IMG/VR virus record: IMGVR_UViG_3300049846_000440
DNA length: 64,000 nt
Direction: 5' to 3' (one strand)
From: an uncultured virus (IMG/VR IMGVR_UViG_3300049846_000440)
Lineage: Duplodnaviria; Heunggongvirae; Uroviricota; Caudoviricetes
In this document: one piece after another, positions 50,001 through 58,185 of the stretch
How positions within the stretch are numbered: position 1 is the first letter of the stretch
Layout: each line of letters starts with the position of its first letter
Notes under the pieces: model-generated
Database searches by the model: none
Seen by the model: the letters and a program-made list of their open reading frames with translations, nothing else
Told to the model about the DNA's origin: nothing
Position numbers and translations under genes: made by a program

Positions 50001-53000
50001 CGACGACACGAACATCAGTCGGTTGTTCATCGACGCCAAAAAAGTAAAGCGGGTTGAAGATGTAGGCGGAGCGAACGGCGAATGGGATGCGGAGATCGAG
50101 AAGGCGAAGCAGGAAGGTTATGATGCCATCTCGTACATCAACCGCTACGAAGATCGCGGATCGGTTTCGTACCTCGTGTGGGATACCCCGCAGGTCAGGA
50201 ACGGGGAGCTTGTTACTTACGACGATGCCGGGAACCTGATCCCGTTGTCCGCACGGTTCAACCTCGACAATCCTTATCCTCGGTTCTCCAAGGAGAAGGC
50301 AGACGAGGAACGGAGCGAGTACGAGGAACGCTTGGATCAGCTCCAACTCAAGGTGGAGCAGGGCGAGATCAACTCTGCAATGGATCGTTTTGAGGTCGCA
50401 CCGGAAACTATGGTGTCCTCTGAGTTGAATAGCCCGAACCATTTCTGGACGGCAGCCCGGAGCGTGGCAATCACCTCGGACAACGCATTCAGCCGAGAGA
50501 TATATAACCTCATCAACAAGCTGAATATGCAGCAACTGCGTAAGGTCAACTTGCCTTCGCTGCAAATCCAACTGGAGAAAGGGTTGCCCACTGAAACCGT
50601 ATTCGACCCAGCGCAGAACCTGATCCGTATCTCGGCGGATGCCGGGATGTCTTACGACGAGATGTCTGACGCAATCATGCGTTCAGGGTTACAGGCTGCC
50701 TTGTACAACGCGGCAAGCAATGGGTTGCCTACCATCGCAGGCAAATCTGGTGGTTCCGATCAGCGTGTGACCGAGGCGGTGCAGAAGCTGACGAGGGCGT
50801 TGAAGGCTTCGGGCAGCGGGTTGTCGTTGCAGGATTTCGCGTTACAGGCGTTCGATCCGGCATTCATTGACCGGATGCACATGACCCACCCTCCCGGTAA
50901 TCCTAGCGAGAACGTGGGCCGGATGATCATGGACTCGCTGTACACTTTGCTGGGGGTTGACCCAGCCAAAGGAACCGCCGAGGAAGTGGCGCGTTTGATG
51001 GGGTCTTCGGCAGAAGCTCAGAGGTTTGCCGAGTACAAGGTCAACGAAGCTGCGCGGTTCGGTGGAACCAAGCCGACGACCGCAGCCAAGTCGATTCTAG
51101 GCAATACCCCAGAAGTGGACGCGGCGTTGAAAGGCTCGACGTACTTCAACGAGTACGAGAAGGAGAACGTCGATAACGCCAACGCATGGGTCGCCAACTT
51201 CAACGGGGATCTCGACGGAGCGTGGTTGGCATTGAAGTCCAACTCGACGGAGGCGAACAAGCTAACTACCCGTGAGCAAATCGTAGCCTACGCAATCGTT
51301 GCGCAGAAGTTCGCGGACCTGTCCGCCATCGCGAAGAAGAACAACGAGCCGTACGCCGCGCAGGATCTCATGCGCCAGTCTATTGCAGTACGGCGTGACT
51401 TGGAAACCATCGGTAGCGCGGCGGGGCAGGAACTTCAGATCTTCGCCACACTCAAGCGGATGTTCAACGGAAGCTACATCCGAGCTGCAATCATTGACCC
51501 CATCGTGCAAACGGTAGGCAAGGCGGTGGGAGGCGAAGTGGTCGTGAAAGGTATCGAGGCGGCCCGTGCAACTGTATCCGAAGCAGCGGCGACTTCTACC
51601 GCAGCCAAAACTCAGCAGCTCATCAAGGCAATCGCTGGCGGAAAGGTGGATCAGAACACAGATCAATTGGTGTTCGACTTCTTCAACGCCGTGTACGACC
51701 CAACCAAGCTGAACGACAAGCTGATCGGGGAGATCGCCAAACGGTTGGTGGACTCCACCATTACTCGTTTGACTGGTGGCGTTGCCAAACCCCAAGTCGA
51801 TTCCCTTCGGCAGAACCTGTACAAGTCGGTGGCGCAGCAGTTCAACGCTTTGATTTCGGTCGAACGTGCGAAGGTAGACCCGAACTTGGAATCGATCTTG
51901 GTCGATAATCTGGATCTGGCGGAACGCTCATTTGAGGCGGCAAAGGAACAGTTGCTGGCGAGCAAGACGTTGACTCCTGAACAGGCGGCCTCGGTGCAAG
52001 CAGCGAAGTTTAGTTCGTTCGATTACAACAAGACACAGAAGATCCTGAAGAAGCATCTTGATATTGCCAAGCTGGTGCGGTCTTCGCTGGCGAACCAGAA
52101 CGCTACGCTCGGCAGCCTGATCACGGAGTTGATCAATAAGGCGGGACTCAGTAAGGCAACCGCTGCGGAAGTGGCGAACGCTTTGACTGCTGTCTACAAC
52201 GTCGAGGCTAAGAAGGAAGCTCGGAAACAGATCGACCGCATCGTCAACGCTCAACCGAATACGGCGAAGGTTAAGATCACCGATTTCGAGAAGCTCGTTC
52301 AGTTCTTCAACATCGGCGCGTTCGATACCGAGGAGTATTGGAACGCAGTGGCGAAGCAGAATCCGAAGTTGAATCTTCCCACCTACGATCCCGCGTTCGT
52401 CAAGCAGTTGATGGAAGACGCGGACGCGGTGGCCGCGATGCCGGATAGCTTGGTCAAGCAGGAGCGCATCGTGAAGCTGATGACCCGCGTGGCGGAGATG
52501 CATTCCAAGAACCTGAAAGGGTTCAAACAGAAGATCGCTTACTGGGGTGGTAACGTACTTCCCTCCGTTTGGACTGCGGGTATTCTGTCTGGGGTGCCAA
52601 CCCAGATGGTCAACTTGGTGGCTACTAAGTTGAACGTACTCCTACAATCAGGGTTTCAGGCTCTGGGCTACGGCTACGCTACCTACAAACAAACGGGCGA
52701 TGTGTCGAAGGCGTTGGGGTATTTCAAGGACGTGATCGCTTCGTACCAGACTCTTGCGTCAGTGTTGGACAAAACCAATTCACTGAACGTGGTGAGTAGG
52801 CAAGCGTTGGAGGTAGGGAAGAACCGCTTCGCCATGATGACGGGGCAACCGCTGAGTGTGTTGGAATCTTTGAAGTCCCCCATCCTTCAAGGGCACAAGT
52901 GGGTCGGGCGTTTCATGTCTTCTGCGGATGCATTCAATACCCAGCTTGCCTACGAGATCAACCAGCGGTTGGCGTTCCGGTATGCCAGCATTCAAGATCC

Positions 53001-54459
53001 TAGCCTATTAAAGGAAGGGCTTGCTTCCTTTAATCCGAACGCCGCTACCCAAGGGGCTATCGAAGCCCAGTTGAATTCGGAAGGATTGAAGGGGCGCGAT
53101 AGGGATCTTCGTAGGGTAGAACTCACAGAGCAGTACCGCAAAGAGTTGGTGAACGACGAACAGTTCCTCACCAACACATTGTCCACGTCAATGGAGTGGA
53201 CCATGAACAGCCAACCGAAAGGGTTCATCGGTCTCATATTCGCTGGCACTGCGGAGTTCTTGAGGAAGCAAACGGGAGGAGCATCGCAGATGTTGCTCCC
53301 GTTTATGACCACTGTATCGAACCTCACAAACTCCTTATTGGATTTCACGCCAGTGGGTATTGCCAGAGCATTGGGGTTCCGCGCTTCCCGTATGCTTGAA
53401 GGGCGATACAAAGCGGAGACGCCAGCGGTAGGTACCCCAGAGTACCACGCCCTGTGGGCGAGGGCTATTGTGGGGAATGCTGCGCTGATGTTATTGGGAT
53501 CGTTGGCGGCGATGTTCTTCGACGATGAGAAGAAAGGGAAGACCCCGTACTTCGCGATCTACGGGGCTGGACCAACAAATCCAAACGATCGCAAGCAATG
53601 GGAAGCCGCAGGTTGGTTGCCCTTCAGCGTTCGCGTAGGCGACCTGTCGATACCTTATCGGGATATGCCGGGGTTCAGTCTAGTTCTTGGGGCCTTAGGG
53701 AGTATCTTCGACACGGCGCGGTTCACACGAAACCCGGATAAGAAGACAGCAGCAGAGATGTCCATGTTCATGGCACTTGGAGTAGTCTCTACTCTGTTTG
53801 AGAAGAACCTATTGTCCGGTGTGTCCAACCTGTTTGAGGTGATCAGCAACCCGGATGCGCGAGGACTCGCCGCATTCCAAAACATGGCTGGATCATGGGT
53901 CGGTGGGGTTACCAATCCGCGTCTGGTCGATTACTTCACAAGCCTGCTGTTCCGCCGGGACGAGAATAACGACCTGATGAAGATGGATCGTTCTACAGCA
54001 GGGTCGTGGTTTGCTTCGGTTGTCCCGGTAGTTGGTCCCCTGATCAACAACAAACCCGCACTGAATGTGTTGGGCGACCCTATTACGGAGGCAAAACTGG
54101 AGCCGATCACTCGTCGATTTGTGGACATCTTCGGAGATCCGCATCCGATAATTGCCCCTCTGGTCAGGGCTGGGATGACCATCCCCGCTCCGTCTAAGTC
54201 AACCCAGTTCGCAGTGAACGGGCAGAAGTACACGATGTCAGATTCAGAGAACGCTTACCGCAGGTTCGTCGAACTGCGTGGGGATCGGCTCAAGCAAGTG
54301 CTGACTCCTGCTGTTATTGAAAACCTTGTACGTATTGCCCAACAGTCTGGAGTGGACAAGGCTCAGAAGAAACTGGGAGATATAACAGAGAACTGTAGGG
54401 ATTCCGCAGTTCTCCGGCTACGGCAGGAGATTGCTTCCAACAAGCTATCACTGAAGTAG
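44089..54459 (+). CDS. giant polyvalent / internal virion protein (3456 aa)
   Basis: Uninterrupted 10.4-kb ORF; Gly/Ala membrane-like N-terminus, KAAEK coiled coil, degenerate zincin-like HELTE segment, ART-PolyVal-like segment (LWHSGT...LHLGT...GYDAISY.N..ED...VTYDDAGNLIPLSARF), LPD38-like C-terminus. Confidence 0.85.
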   Translation: MENEIASISLTSDFSTEDTYNQYLDQLINAKAVDIKKADENVQENVGVVGNVMSAIARGAVRNVSDLPKYAGLLTGSETLQNIGVGIDEAVNAVAPLDAKYKDSFWATTIPEGLGQVLGMAAISLPGALARGAGKAGLVGAATIGAKVGQKAAAAAEAAEGAASLADKTRLLTQAALQSDKAKKLKDFFTSGSTYLMGGSEGYDAYVRSIEQGDSALTAAAKSLGYATIASAIEAKMMDRVLGRVTGMFGKEAAGEMVSETGNAVLKAGWKDFLKKDIGSEIWAGFKEEAQQALAQDIIVSGKIDPTSLLQEGAAGGVIQGIVGGITGIKTPFRKVVDNLNNNNAPNTAVEVAKDNAKNVGLESDAAQDRADKLAAKINAAAGTAEENVEVSQTPPTKTPEVGGQPVAGSTPTETLSGTPAPAPEATPTPEVEGRPVAGLDQPFFTDNRIMVLSEVNGVKIPFYLSTGTGRKTNVPAGKWYPFFGVGEDGWLNKGSEEDVNNFYGSAELKAKAEELNAKIGDIRDKKPLEDGGVPVGWDGKSPIADWLKPLSVITPNINEGFSPVSRQANSPEAKQQFQANIANTVARIKRASASASTPTPTVTTAAPVTPSTAAETQVSEEAVAPAVVSEGAPTPAAATKAPSTPKKRAAAVPPAPTVAKAEAPAVVEGATPTVESLRTQLDSVRQRASDAEMIGDTEESEKLREQERNIANQLDVAEKQTNGKGITPEGEAFLNDVLKTYKTYDLTDAEAAPEVWEESAEFWVPVANANGIEADVTTPIRDVIKALLAKREGAAAPAPATKAQESAVKKVEEKESAKQKKDAEKEAAKQQKAAEKEAAKQKKEEERQQKAAEREAAKQQKAAAKQQRDLEKAAKAAEREAVRRQKAADKASKAEDNGIAVTVNDPVPPSGKPENLAAYEGFILRLIEGSKDEAQYDSNSFSALTPSEQALKFEGVVNKAKVSGIIPSITELAATLKANKVVIKKIYADLKAEYERQYPPAPIPEGQKVTQKQFQNNGFTRIKMIGEEPYFDNTVTSAAKAIDLGLELTVPLGVTPHPNIIIDKDRNVVRVFHPTYGSIRQPGDYAKARANDPAVIRETLRREDARLEATHEAYFKDTVKNEIVPRFAELSDEAKIVIYSSIKQADGKVLANRKAKLEKQIAKLTTQLESPFSALEADALNEQLNAAKAQLSSLEDLIQRDIFNAPELLNYVDPDTLYDTLTNPALQKKQLPAEDIAKIRDIAKVFAERTELIEEGLFPTINSNLNSKVQQFLQEQFRKEGKSNTVGIVVSIGDLTDPNHVLLSRTIESFFGSPGAYKVPAPEGDILVNVRDLETARNRWLDYLTSVSNELLQKRPEIQTWNSFLKSAEGKRNALVKQLFEKAQVAKQDLLIGAAYMNTDFLLTVYPNVNRDTTLDIVSDKLRKSLREYQPASASSVMRYGSFKMAMKAVTDIQRSKLGRMQESALSLESLEETGDALLVEGIRNGSIKATSTTKSLRGAMDAFIDDTLKTTKVSVRKGKVILDANSPIDLWDVVNATSVNIREDVTVSKEEYGILKRFALNAKRTVEKDLATRAAAAPILREQNEASLFFVLEEGYKDTPSIDLPKTESGDVKPFESLTFAELAKLSLKYKYSKTKVTNVIRRAVDRSILEAKAAELGVRGLLQYGTPIAGIQAYYDPSSDAIVLNTENIDGTQMAIRKLYHELTERNLVYLNATKAGKAELQTIFNGAKNELMASIPVVLKESGYANVQELMDDYGFATEEELLGELTARYAERIADKPKPSWWQTLMAKLRLWMSKHFGSHISGETLEHWLAGNIKRFAASSPSAEVREGTLSEKLQRIDERFKQVVDAGNQDMQRIMVDAAANTAGLVGPLWHSGTYDPASGEALTKPLHLGTRQAAAERSVGKPADDEIALVQAYQTEDNEWHWDDGRGTTSESLDEGGYATEEEALASGRNFVYNDLNFDELYNDDTNISRLFIDAKKVKRVEDVGGANGEWDAEIEKAKQEGYDAISYINRYEDRGSVSYLVWDTPQVRNGELVTYDDAGNLIPLSARFNLDNPYPRFSKEKADEERSEYEERLDQLQLKVEQGEINSAMDRFEVAPETMVSSELNSPNHFWTAARSVAITSDNAFSREIYNLINKLNMQQLRKVNLPSLQIQLEKGLPTETVFDPAQNLIRISADAGMSYDEMSDAIMRSGLQAALYNAASNGLPTIAGKSGGSDQRVTEAVQKLTRALKASGSGLSLQDFALQAFDPAFIDRMHMTHPPGNPSENVGRMIMDSLYTLLGVDPAKGTAEEVARLMGSSAEAQRFAEYKVNEAARFGGTKPTTAAKSILGNTPEVDAALKGSTYFNEYEKENVDNANAWVANFNGDLDGAWLALKSNSTEANKLTTREQIVAYAIVAQKFADLSAIAKKNNEPYAAQDLMRQSIAVRRDLETIGSAAGQELQIFATLKRMFNGSYIRAAIIDPIVQTVGKAVGGEVVVKGIEAARATVSEAAATSTAAKTQQLIKAIAGGKVDQNTDQLVFDFFNAVYDPTKLNDKLIGEIAKRLVDSTITRLTGGVAKPQVDSLRQNLYKSVAQQFNALISVERAKVDPNLESILVDNLDLAERSFEAAKEQLLASKTLTPEQAASVQAAKFSSFDYNKTQKILKKHLDIAKLVRSSLANQNATLGSLITELINKAGLSKATAAEVANALTAVYNVEAKKEARKQIDRIVNAQPNTAKVKITDFEKLVQFFNIGAFDTEEYWNAVAKQNPKLNLPTYDPAFVKQLMEDADAVAAMPDSLVKQERIVKLMTRVAEMHSKNLKGFKQKIAYWGGNVLPSVWTAGILSGVPTQMVNLVATKLNVLLQSGFQALGYGYATYKQTGDVSKALGYFKDVIASYQTLASVLDKTNSLNVVSRQALEVGKNRFAMMTGQPLSVLESLKSPILQGHKWVGRFMSSADAFNTQLAYEINQRLAFRYASIQDPSLLKEGLASFNPNAATQGAIEAQLNSEGLKGRDRDLRRVELTEQYRKELVNDEQFLTNTLSTSMEWTMNSQPKGFIGLIFAGTAEFLRKQTGGASQMLLPFMTTVSNLTNSLLDFTPVGIARALGFRASRMLEGRYKAETPAVGTPEYHALWARAIVGNAALMLLGSLAAMFFDDEKKGKTPYFAIYGAGPTNPNDRKQWEAAGWLPFSVRVGDLSIPYRDMPGFSLVLGALGSIFDTARFTRNPDKKTAAEMSMFMALGVVSTLFEKNLLSGVSNLFEVISNPDARGLAAFQNMAGSWVGGVTNPRLVDYFTSLLFRRDENNDLMKMDRSTAGSWFASVVPVVGPLINNKPALNVLGDPITEAKLEPITRRFVDIFGDPHPIIAPLVRAGMTIPAPSKSTQFAVNGQKYTMSDSENAYRRFVELRGDRLKQVLTPAVIENLVRIAQQSGVDKAQKKLGDITENCRDSAVLRLRQEIASNKLSLK

Positions 54460-54573
54460 CTTGAGTAAAGTTCCTACAATGATGGCTGGGATGCATACAA
54501 TTACGAGAGACGCCACGAACATTGCGGAGCACGCCGTAACGGCGAATGTTGCTAACTTGATTTTGTTTTCCAT

Positions 54574-55179
54574 ATGTTTGTAAATAAAACTGACGCTACC
54601 CCTAACGGGGGTTGGAGATATACCCATCCCGTCACCGGGATGAAGTTCGGATCTATCGTTTACGGGGTTCTTTTGACATTGGTTCAGAAGCATTGCAAGG
54701 CGAACAATCTTCCATTCGATCTAGCTACATTTGAAGACGAGCTTTGTAAACAAGCGCACAACGGGGGCAACTGCGCGGAGGGTACCAAGGAGTATCCGGT
54801 TCAGCCGAAGCGCACGACCATTGACGAAGCGGCGGGCTTCATCTCAGTCGTAAAGGAATGGATGAAGGACAGAGACTTCGTACCTCAGGAGGAAGCAGAA
54901 CGCCGCGCTGAGATCTGCGCTGCCTGCCCAGAGAACCAACAGATTGCGGGTTGCTCTGCTTGCCGTAACCTAGTTGGTAGGCTCACCCAATTGCTTGGGC
55001 AGCGTAGGACGAAGCGGGATTCAGAGTTACAGGGATGCAGGGTCTGTGGTTGCTCCAATGTGGCGCAGGTCCACGTTCCCTTGGACGCCTTGGCAAAGGG
55101 AATCAAACCGGACATGGTGTTCCCCGATCATTGCTGGAAGAAGGAAGCATATGCCCTACTCAAAACCGAAACTACGTGA
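54574..55179 (+). CDS. Cys-rich Zn-binding hypothetical protein
   Basis: RRAEICAACP...CSAC...CRVCGC...HCWK. Confidence 0.75.
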   Translation: MFVNKTDATPNGGWRYTHPVTGMKFGSIVYGVLLTLVQKHCKANNLPFDLATFEDELCKQAHNGGNCAEGTKEYPVQPKRTTIDEAAGFISVVKEWMKDRDFVPQEEAERRAEICAACPENQQIAGCSACRNLVGRLTQLLGQRRTKRDSELQGCRVCGCSNVAQVHVPLDALAKGIKPDMVFPDHCWKKEAYALLKTETT

Positions 55180-55546
55180 ATCAATTAAGGACCGCATTAT
55201 GTCCGGGTCCAAGGGAGGTCGTCCCGGCCAATGGTCTGCTCGAAAAGCCCAGCTTGTAGCGCAGGCTTACGAGAAGGCGGGGGGCGGATACACAGGGGCG
55301 AAGACTGCCAAGCAGAAGAGCCTGTCCAAGTGGACCAAGGAAGACTGGGGAACCAAATCAGGTAAGCCGTCAACCCAAGGTCCGAAGGCTACGGGCGAGC
55401 GGTACTTGCCGAAGAAGGCTAGGCAAGCATTGAGTTCCAGCGAATATGCTGCAACCACTCGGGCGAAGCGGGAGGGTACGCGGCAGGGAAAGCAGTTCGT
55501 CCGCCAACCCAAACCGATCGCCAAGAAGACGGCGCGGTTCCGTTAG
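55151..55546 (+). CDS. DUF5872-like basic protein
   Basis: SKGGRPGQWSARKAQL...YEKAGGGY...QKSLSKWTKEDW...ERYLPKKA; start at ATG 55151. Confidence 0.8.
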   Translation: MPYSKPKLRESIKDRIMSGSKGGRPGQWSARKAQLVAQAYEKAGGGYTGAKTAKQKSLSKWTKEDWGTKSGKPSTQGPKATGERYLPKKARQALSSSEYAATTRAKREGTRQGKQFVRQPKPIAKKTARFR

Positions 55547-55749
55547 GTTTGATGCTCGCCACACTTACGAAGCGAATCGAGGTGGGTTAGCACCAACCCT
55601 AACGCTTCGTAGTAACTTCCCCCGTGATTCATAATGGAGGCAGTGTTCCCATCCGAATCCTCGTAGGCCACGGCGATGGTGTGCGAAGCGAAGTGTTCTC
55701 CCAACAGGTCGGACACTTTCTCAAGAATGTTGGCTTGCTGCTCAGTCAT
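55543..55749 (-). CDS. hypothetical protein
   Basis: Last gene of the leftward early operon; converges on the late operon. Confidence 0.65.
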   Translation of the reverse strand: MTEQQANILEKVSDLLGEHFASHTIAVAYEDSDGNTASIMNHGGSYYEALGLVLTHLDSLRKCGEHQT

Positions 55750-56038
55750 TTTTGTTCAGGGCTTTGAGTAAATCTACTCGCGTCGTTGAGTACCAAGCAA
55801 TCTCGCATTCCTTAAAGTCGCTCATGGCTTGAACCAAATACAGGATTTCCTCAGACACAATAGGAATCAACTTCTGCGACCAGCGTGGATCTGTAGGGCA
55901 ATTCACGGTGGCGAATACCACGTCTTCGTCTGGTATTTCAAAGCGGTCAATGTCCGGTTCCGGGATCTCCACGCAGTCAAGATCCTTGAGATTCACCTTC
56001 GCGTTTAATCCGTGTACTTCAAATTCTATGTCAGTCAT
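55742..56038 (-). CDS. hypothetical protein
   Basis: Operon packing. Confidence 0.65.
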   Translation of the reverse strand: MTDIEFEVHGLNAKVNLKDLDCVEIPEPDIDRFEIPDEDVVFATVNCPTDPRWSQKLIPIVSEEILYLVQAMSDFKECEIAWYSTTRVDLLKALNKND

Positions 56039-56366
56039 TTCCCCAAATTTCTATTACCGAAGTTCGTTGTGTGTCTCCACCGCAAGCCCGCATCTTGGCG
56101 TAGGTTTCCGTATACCCTAGCATCACCAAAGCCTCGGCTAGTTTCAGGGGATCAGGCTCGGGAGTATGTCGGTCCCGGACCCATTCCATGAACATCGGTG
56201 CAGGGATATTTAGTACTGCGTATCTATCCCACCATAGTAATCGCCCAGCCCAAGTACGGACAGGTTGCGGAAAGGTGGCTACCATGTCCGCTACGGTTTG
56301 GGGGTCTTCTCCCAGTAGTCCCCATCGATAAAGGGGCGGGGGTGCTTTTGGCTTTTCGGAATCCAT
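56031..56366 (-). CDS. hypothetical protein
   Basis: Operon packing. Confidence 0.65.
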   Translation of the reverse strand: MDSEKPKAPPPLYRWGLLGEDPQTVADMVATFPQPVRTWAGRLLWWDRYAVLNIPAPMFMEWVRDRHTPEPDPLKLAEALVMLGYTETYAKMRACGGDTQRTSVIEIWGND

Positions 56367-56368
56367 AT

Positions 56369-56566
56369 TCACTCAGTACGGATCTCATCCGCGATGTCGT
56401 CAAGCCGTTGTTCTCGACGAACTTTCCTCGACTTTGCGGAGGTGCCCCCACGACAACTCGCGTTGATCGTGTCCCGCATCGTGTACATATGCCCCCGCTT
56501 GGCGAGCCACCTAGTGCAAGCTGCGTCCACAAGTTCCGAGTTCCGCATGACTCTTAGATTTTCCAT
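56369..56566 (-). CDS. hypothetical protein
   Basis: Start taken at MENLRV. Confidence 0.55.
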   Translation of the reverse strand: MENLRVMRNSELVDAACTRWLAKRGHMYTMRDTINASCRGGTSAKSRKVRREQRLDDIADEIRTE

Positions 56567-56605
56567 AGTTTGTATTCGTATTTTGAAGTCTCTGAACTGC
56601 AAGGA

Positions 56606-57064
56606 TTAAAACGAGAAGAATCCAAATAGGGTTTCTCCGTAGTAGTTCAACATCAGGGCCGCTTCGGGGGAGAAGACTACGGAGTATAGGTCTTCTAATA
56701 CGATTGAAGCGTGGCCCGTAGAACGCATTCGCTCAACAAAATTATAGTACGCTTTAATGCAAGGTGATCCGGATCTATATTTGTTTCCTCCAAAATGAAC
56801 CCATCCATCTAAAACGGTAACCCGTACAAACGGGGCGTCTTTAACGGAAATGCTGCAAGCAGGAGGTGCATACAGAAGGCCCAATATGTCTTCGATGTTG
56901 TCGTCAATTTTTGTTATTGGCACACCTTCAATTTCCCTAACCTCAACGAACTTTTCCCAATACTCGGTTAAGGTTGTGTCGATTCTTAACTTCGATTCGG
57001 GACTAGGGATGTACGCATAAACCTCCGGGTACCGACGTATCTTTAAGCCTGTTTTGTATGTCAT
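56606..57064 (-). CDS. hypothetical protein, paralog of 57069-57461
   Basis: IEDILGLLYAPP...SPEAALMLNYYGETLFGFFSF. Confidence 0.7.
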   Translation of the reverse strand: MTYKTGLKIRRYPEVYAYIPSPESKLRIDTTLTEYWEKFVEVREIEGVPITKIDDNIEDILGLLYAPPACSISVKDAPFVRVTVLDGWVHFGGNKYRSGSPCIKAYYNFVERMRSTGHASIVLEDLYSVVFSPEAALMLNYYGETLFGFFSF

Positions 57065-57068
57065 AACT

Positions 57069-57461
57069 TTAGAAGTTAAGGAATGCGGATAGGATTTTAC
57101 CGTGGTGCTTGATCACAATGGCGGCTTCGTAGGACACGAAGCGTCGGTCTCCTACCGTAGTCGAATGCCCGTTGGCTTCTAGGTACTCGTAGATCTTCAT
57201 CCGCTTTTTGTAGTCTTCGTCCATGTTATCCGCCGCCCACTTGGACCCGACCAAAACACGTTTTGACTTCTTCCCCTTGAGCGGTTGTACCGGAGGACAG
57301 GCCAAGTAATCCAACAGATCTTGAATGTCCGAGGACAGCTCTCGCACGGGAAGTTTCGGACGACTTAGGTTAGTGAGTACTTCGTGAGTAGATATGAGCT
57401 TTTCGTAGTGCCCTAAAGCGGGGATTACGTATGTGTGGTTATCTATTTTTAAGTTGTACAT
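57069..57461 (-). CDS. hypothetical protein, paralog of 56606-57064
   Basis: IQDLLDYLACPP...SYEAAIVIKHHGKILSAFLNF. Confidence 0.7.
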   Translation of the reverse strand: MYNLKIDNHTYVIPALGHYEKLISTHEVLTNLSRPKLPVRELSSDIQDLLDYLACPPVQPLKGKKSKRVLVGSKWAADNMDEDYKKRMKIYEYLEANGHSTTVGDRRFVSYEAAIVIKHHGKILSAFLNF

Positions 57462-57463
57462 AA

Positions 57464-58111
57464 TTAGATCTTTTCGAGTTTGATTTGTTTAGTTGCGTTG
57501 CGTTTGGCAAGTTCAATTGTGTCGCCAACCCCAACTATCTTCTCTTCTGGAATGGGGTAGAGGTACCCACGGCGAAGCTCCAGTTTCTCCCGGACGATGG
57601 AGACGAACTTGCATTCGTTCGTCTTCGGGTTGTGACTCAACAGAAAACTCCAGTGGCCATGCACCTCTTTCGGAAATGCCTCTATGAGATGCTGATTTCT
57701 CCACAGGTACTCGCAGTCCTCGGGCGAGATGATTACCGTGTGGGTCACATTGGTTTTTCTGTACGCCACTCGGCTGGAATACCGATCCCCCTTAGAGGTG
57801 GCACTTAAAACCCCCGTCTCTCCGAACAAATGGTTCAGATAGGTGCTACCAGACATCGATCTCGGGGCCTTGGCGATAGTGTCCATGTACTTCAATGCCC
57901 ATGCGCGTAGATCTTCAGCCTCCTTACGCTTTGCAGCAGGGAGTTTCCTCCACTCAGCCCAGAGTTCTTGTTCGCGTAGTGTTGCGGCGACCGCTTGATC
58001 CAAGAAGGAGTGTGCGTTCTGGCTTAGGATGTTTGCGAGTAGGATCGCCTTTGTCTCAGAGGCTTTGTTGATGGTGTAGTTTAGTTCGTTTAGTTTGTGT
58101 AGTGCTTTCAT
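57464..58111 (-). CDS. hypothetical early protein (215 aa)
   Basis: AAAATCAGT-ATG leader shared with neighbouring genes. Confidence 0.75.
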   Translation of the reverse strand: MKALHKLNELNYTINKASETKAILLANILSQNAHSFLDQAVAATLREQELWAEWRKLPAAKRKEAEDLRAWALKYMDTIAKAPRSMSGSTYLNHLFGETGVLSATSKGDRYSSRVAYRKTNVTHTVIISPEDCEYLWRNQHLIEAFPKEVHGHWSFLLSHNPKTNECKFVSIVREKLELRRGYLYPIPEEKIVGVGDTIELAKRNATKQIKLEKI

Positions 58112-58185
58112 ACTGATTTTGTTTGTTGCAGTGGTCCCTGCCCTATGCCCCCGGTGGGGTTACCCACCAGAGGCAACAGGCAAGG

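Noticed and set aside
47059..52503. Long minus-strand ORFs (up to 310 aa) within the giant gene
   Set aside because: Antisense shadows of a codon-biased gene, with no recognisable motifs or start contexts.
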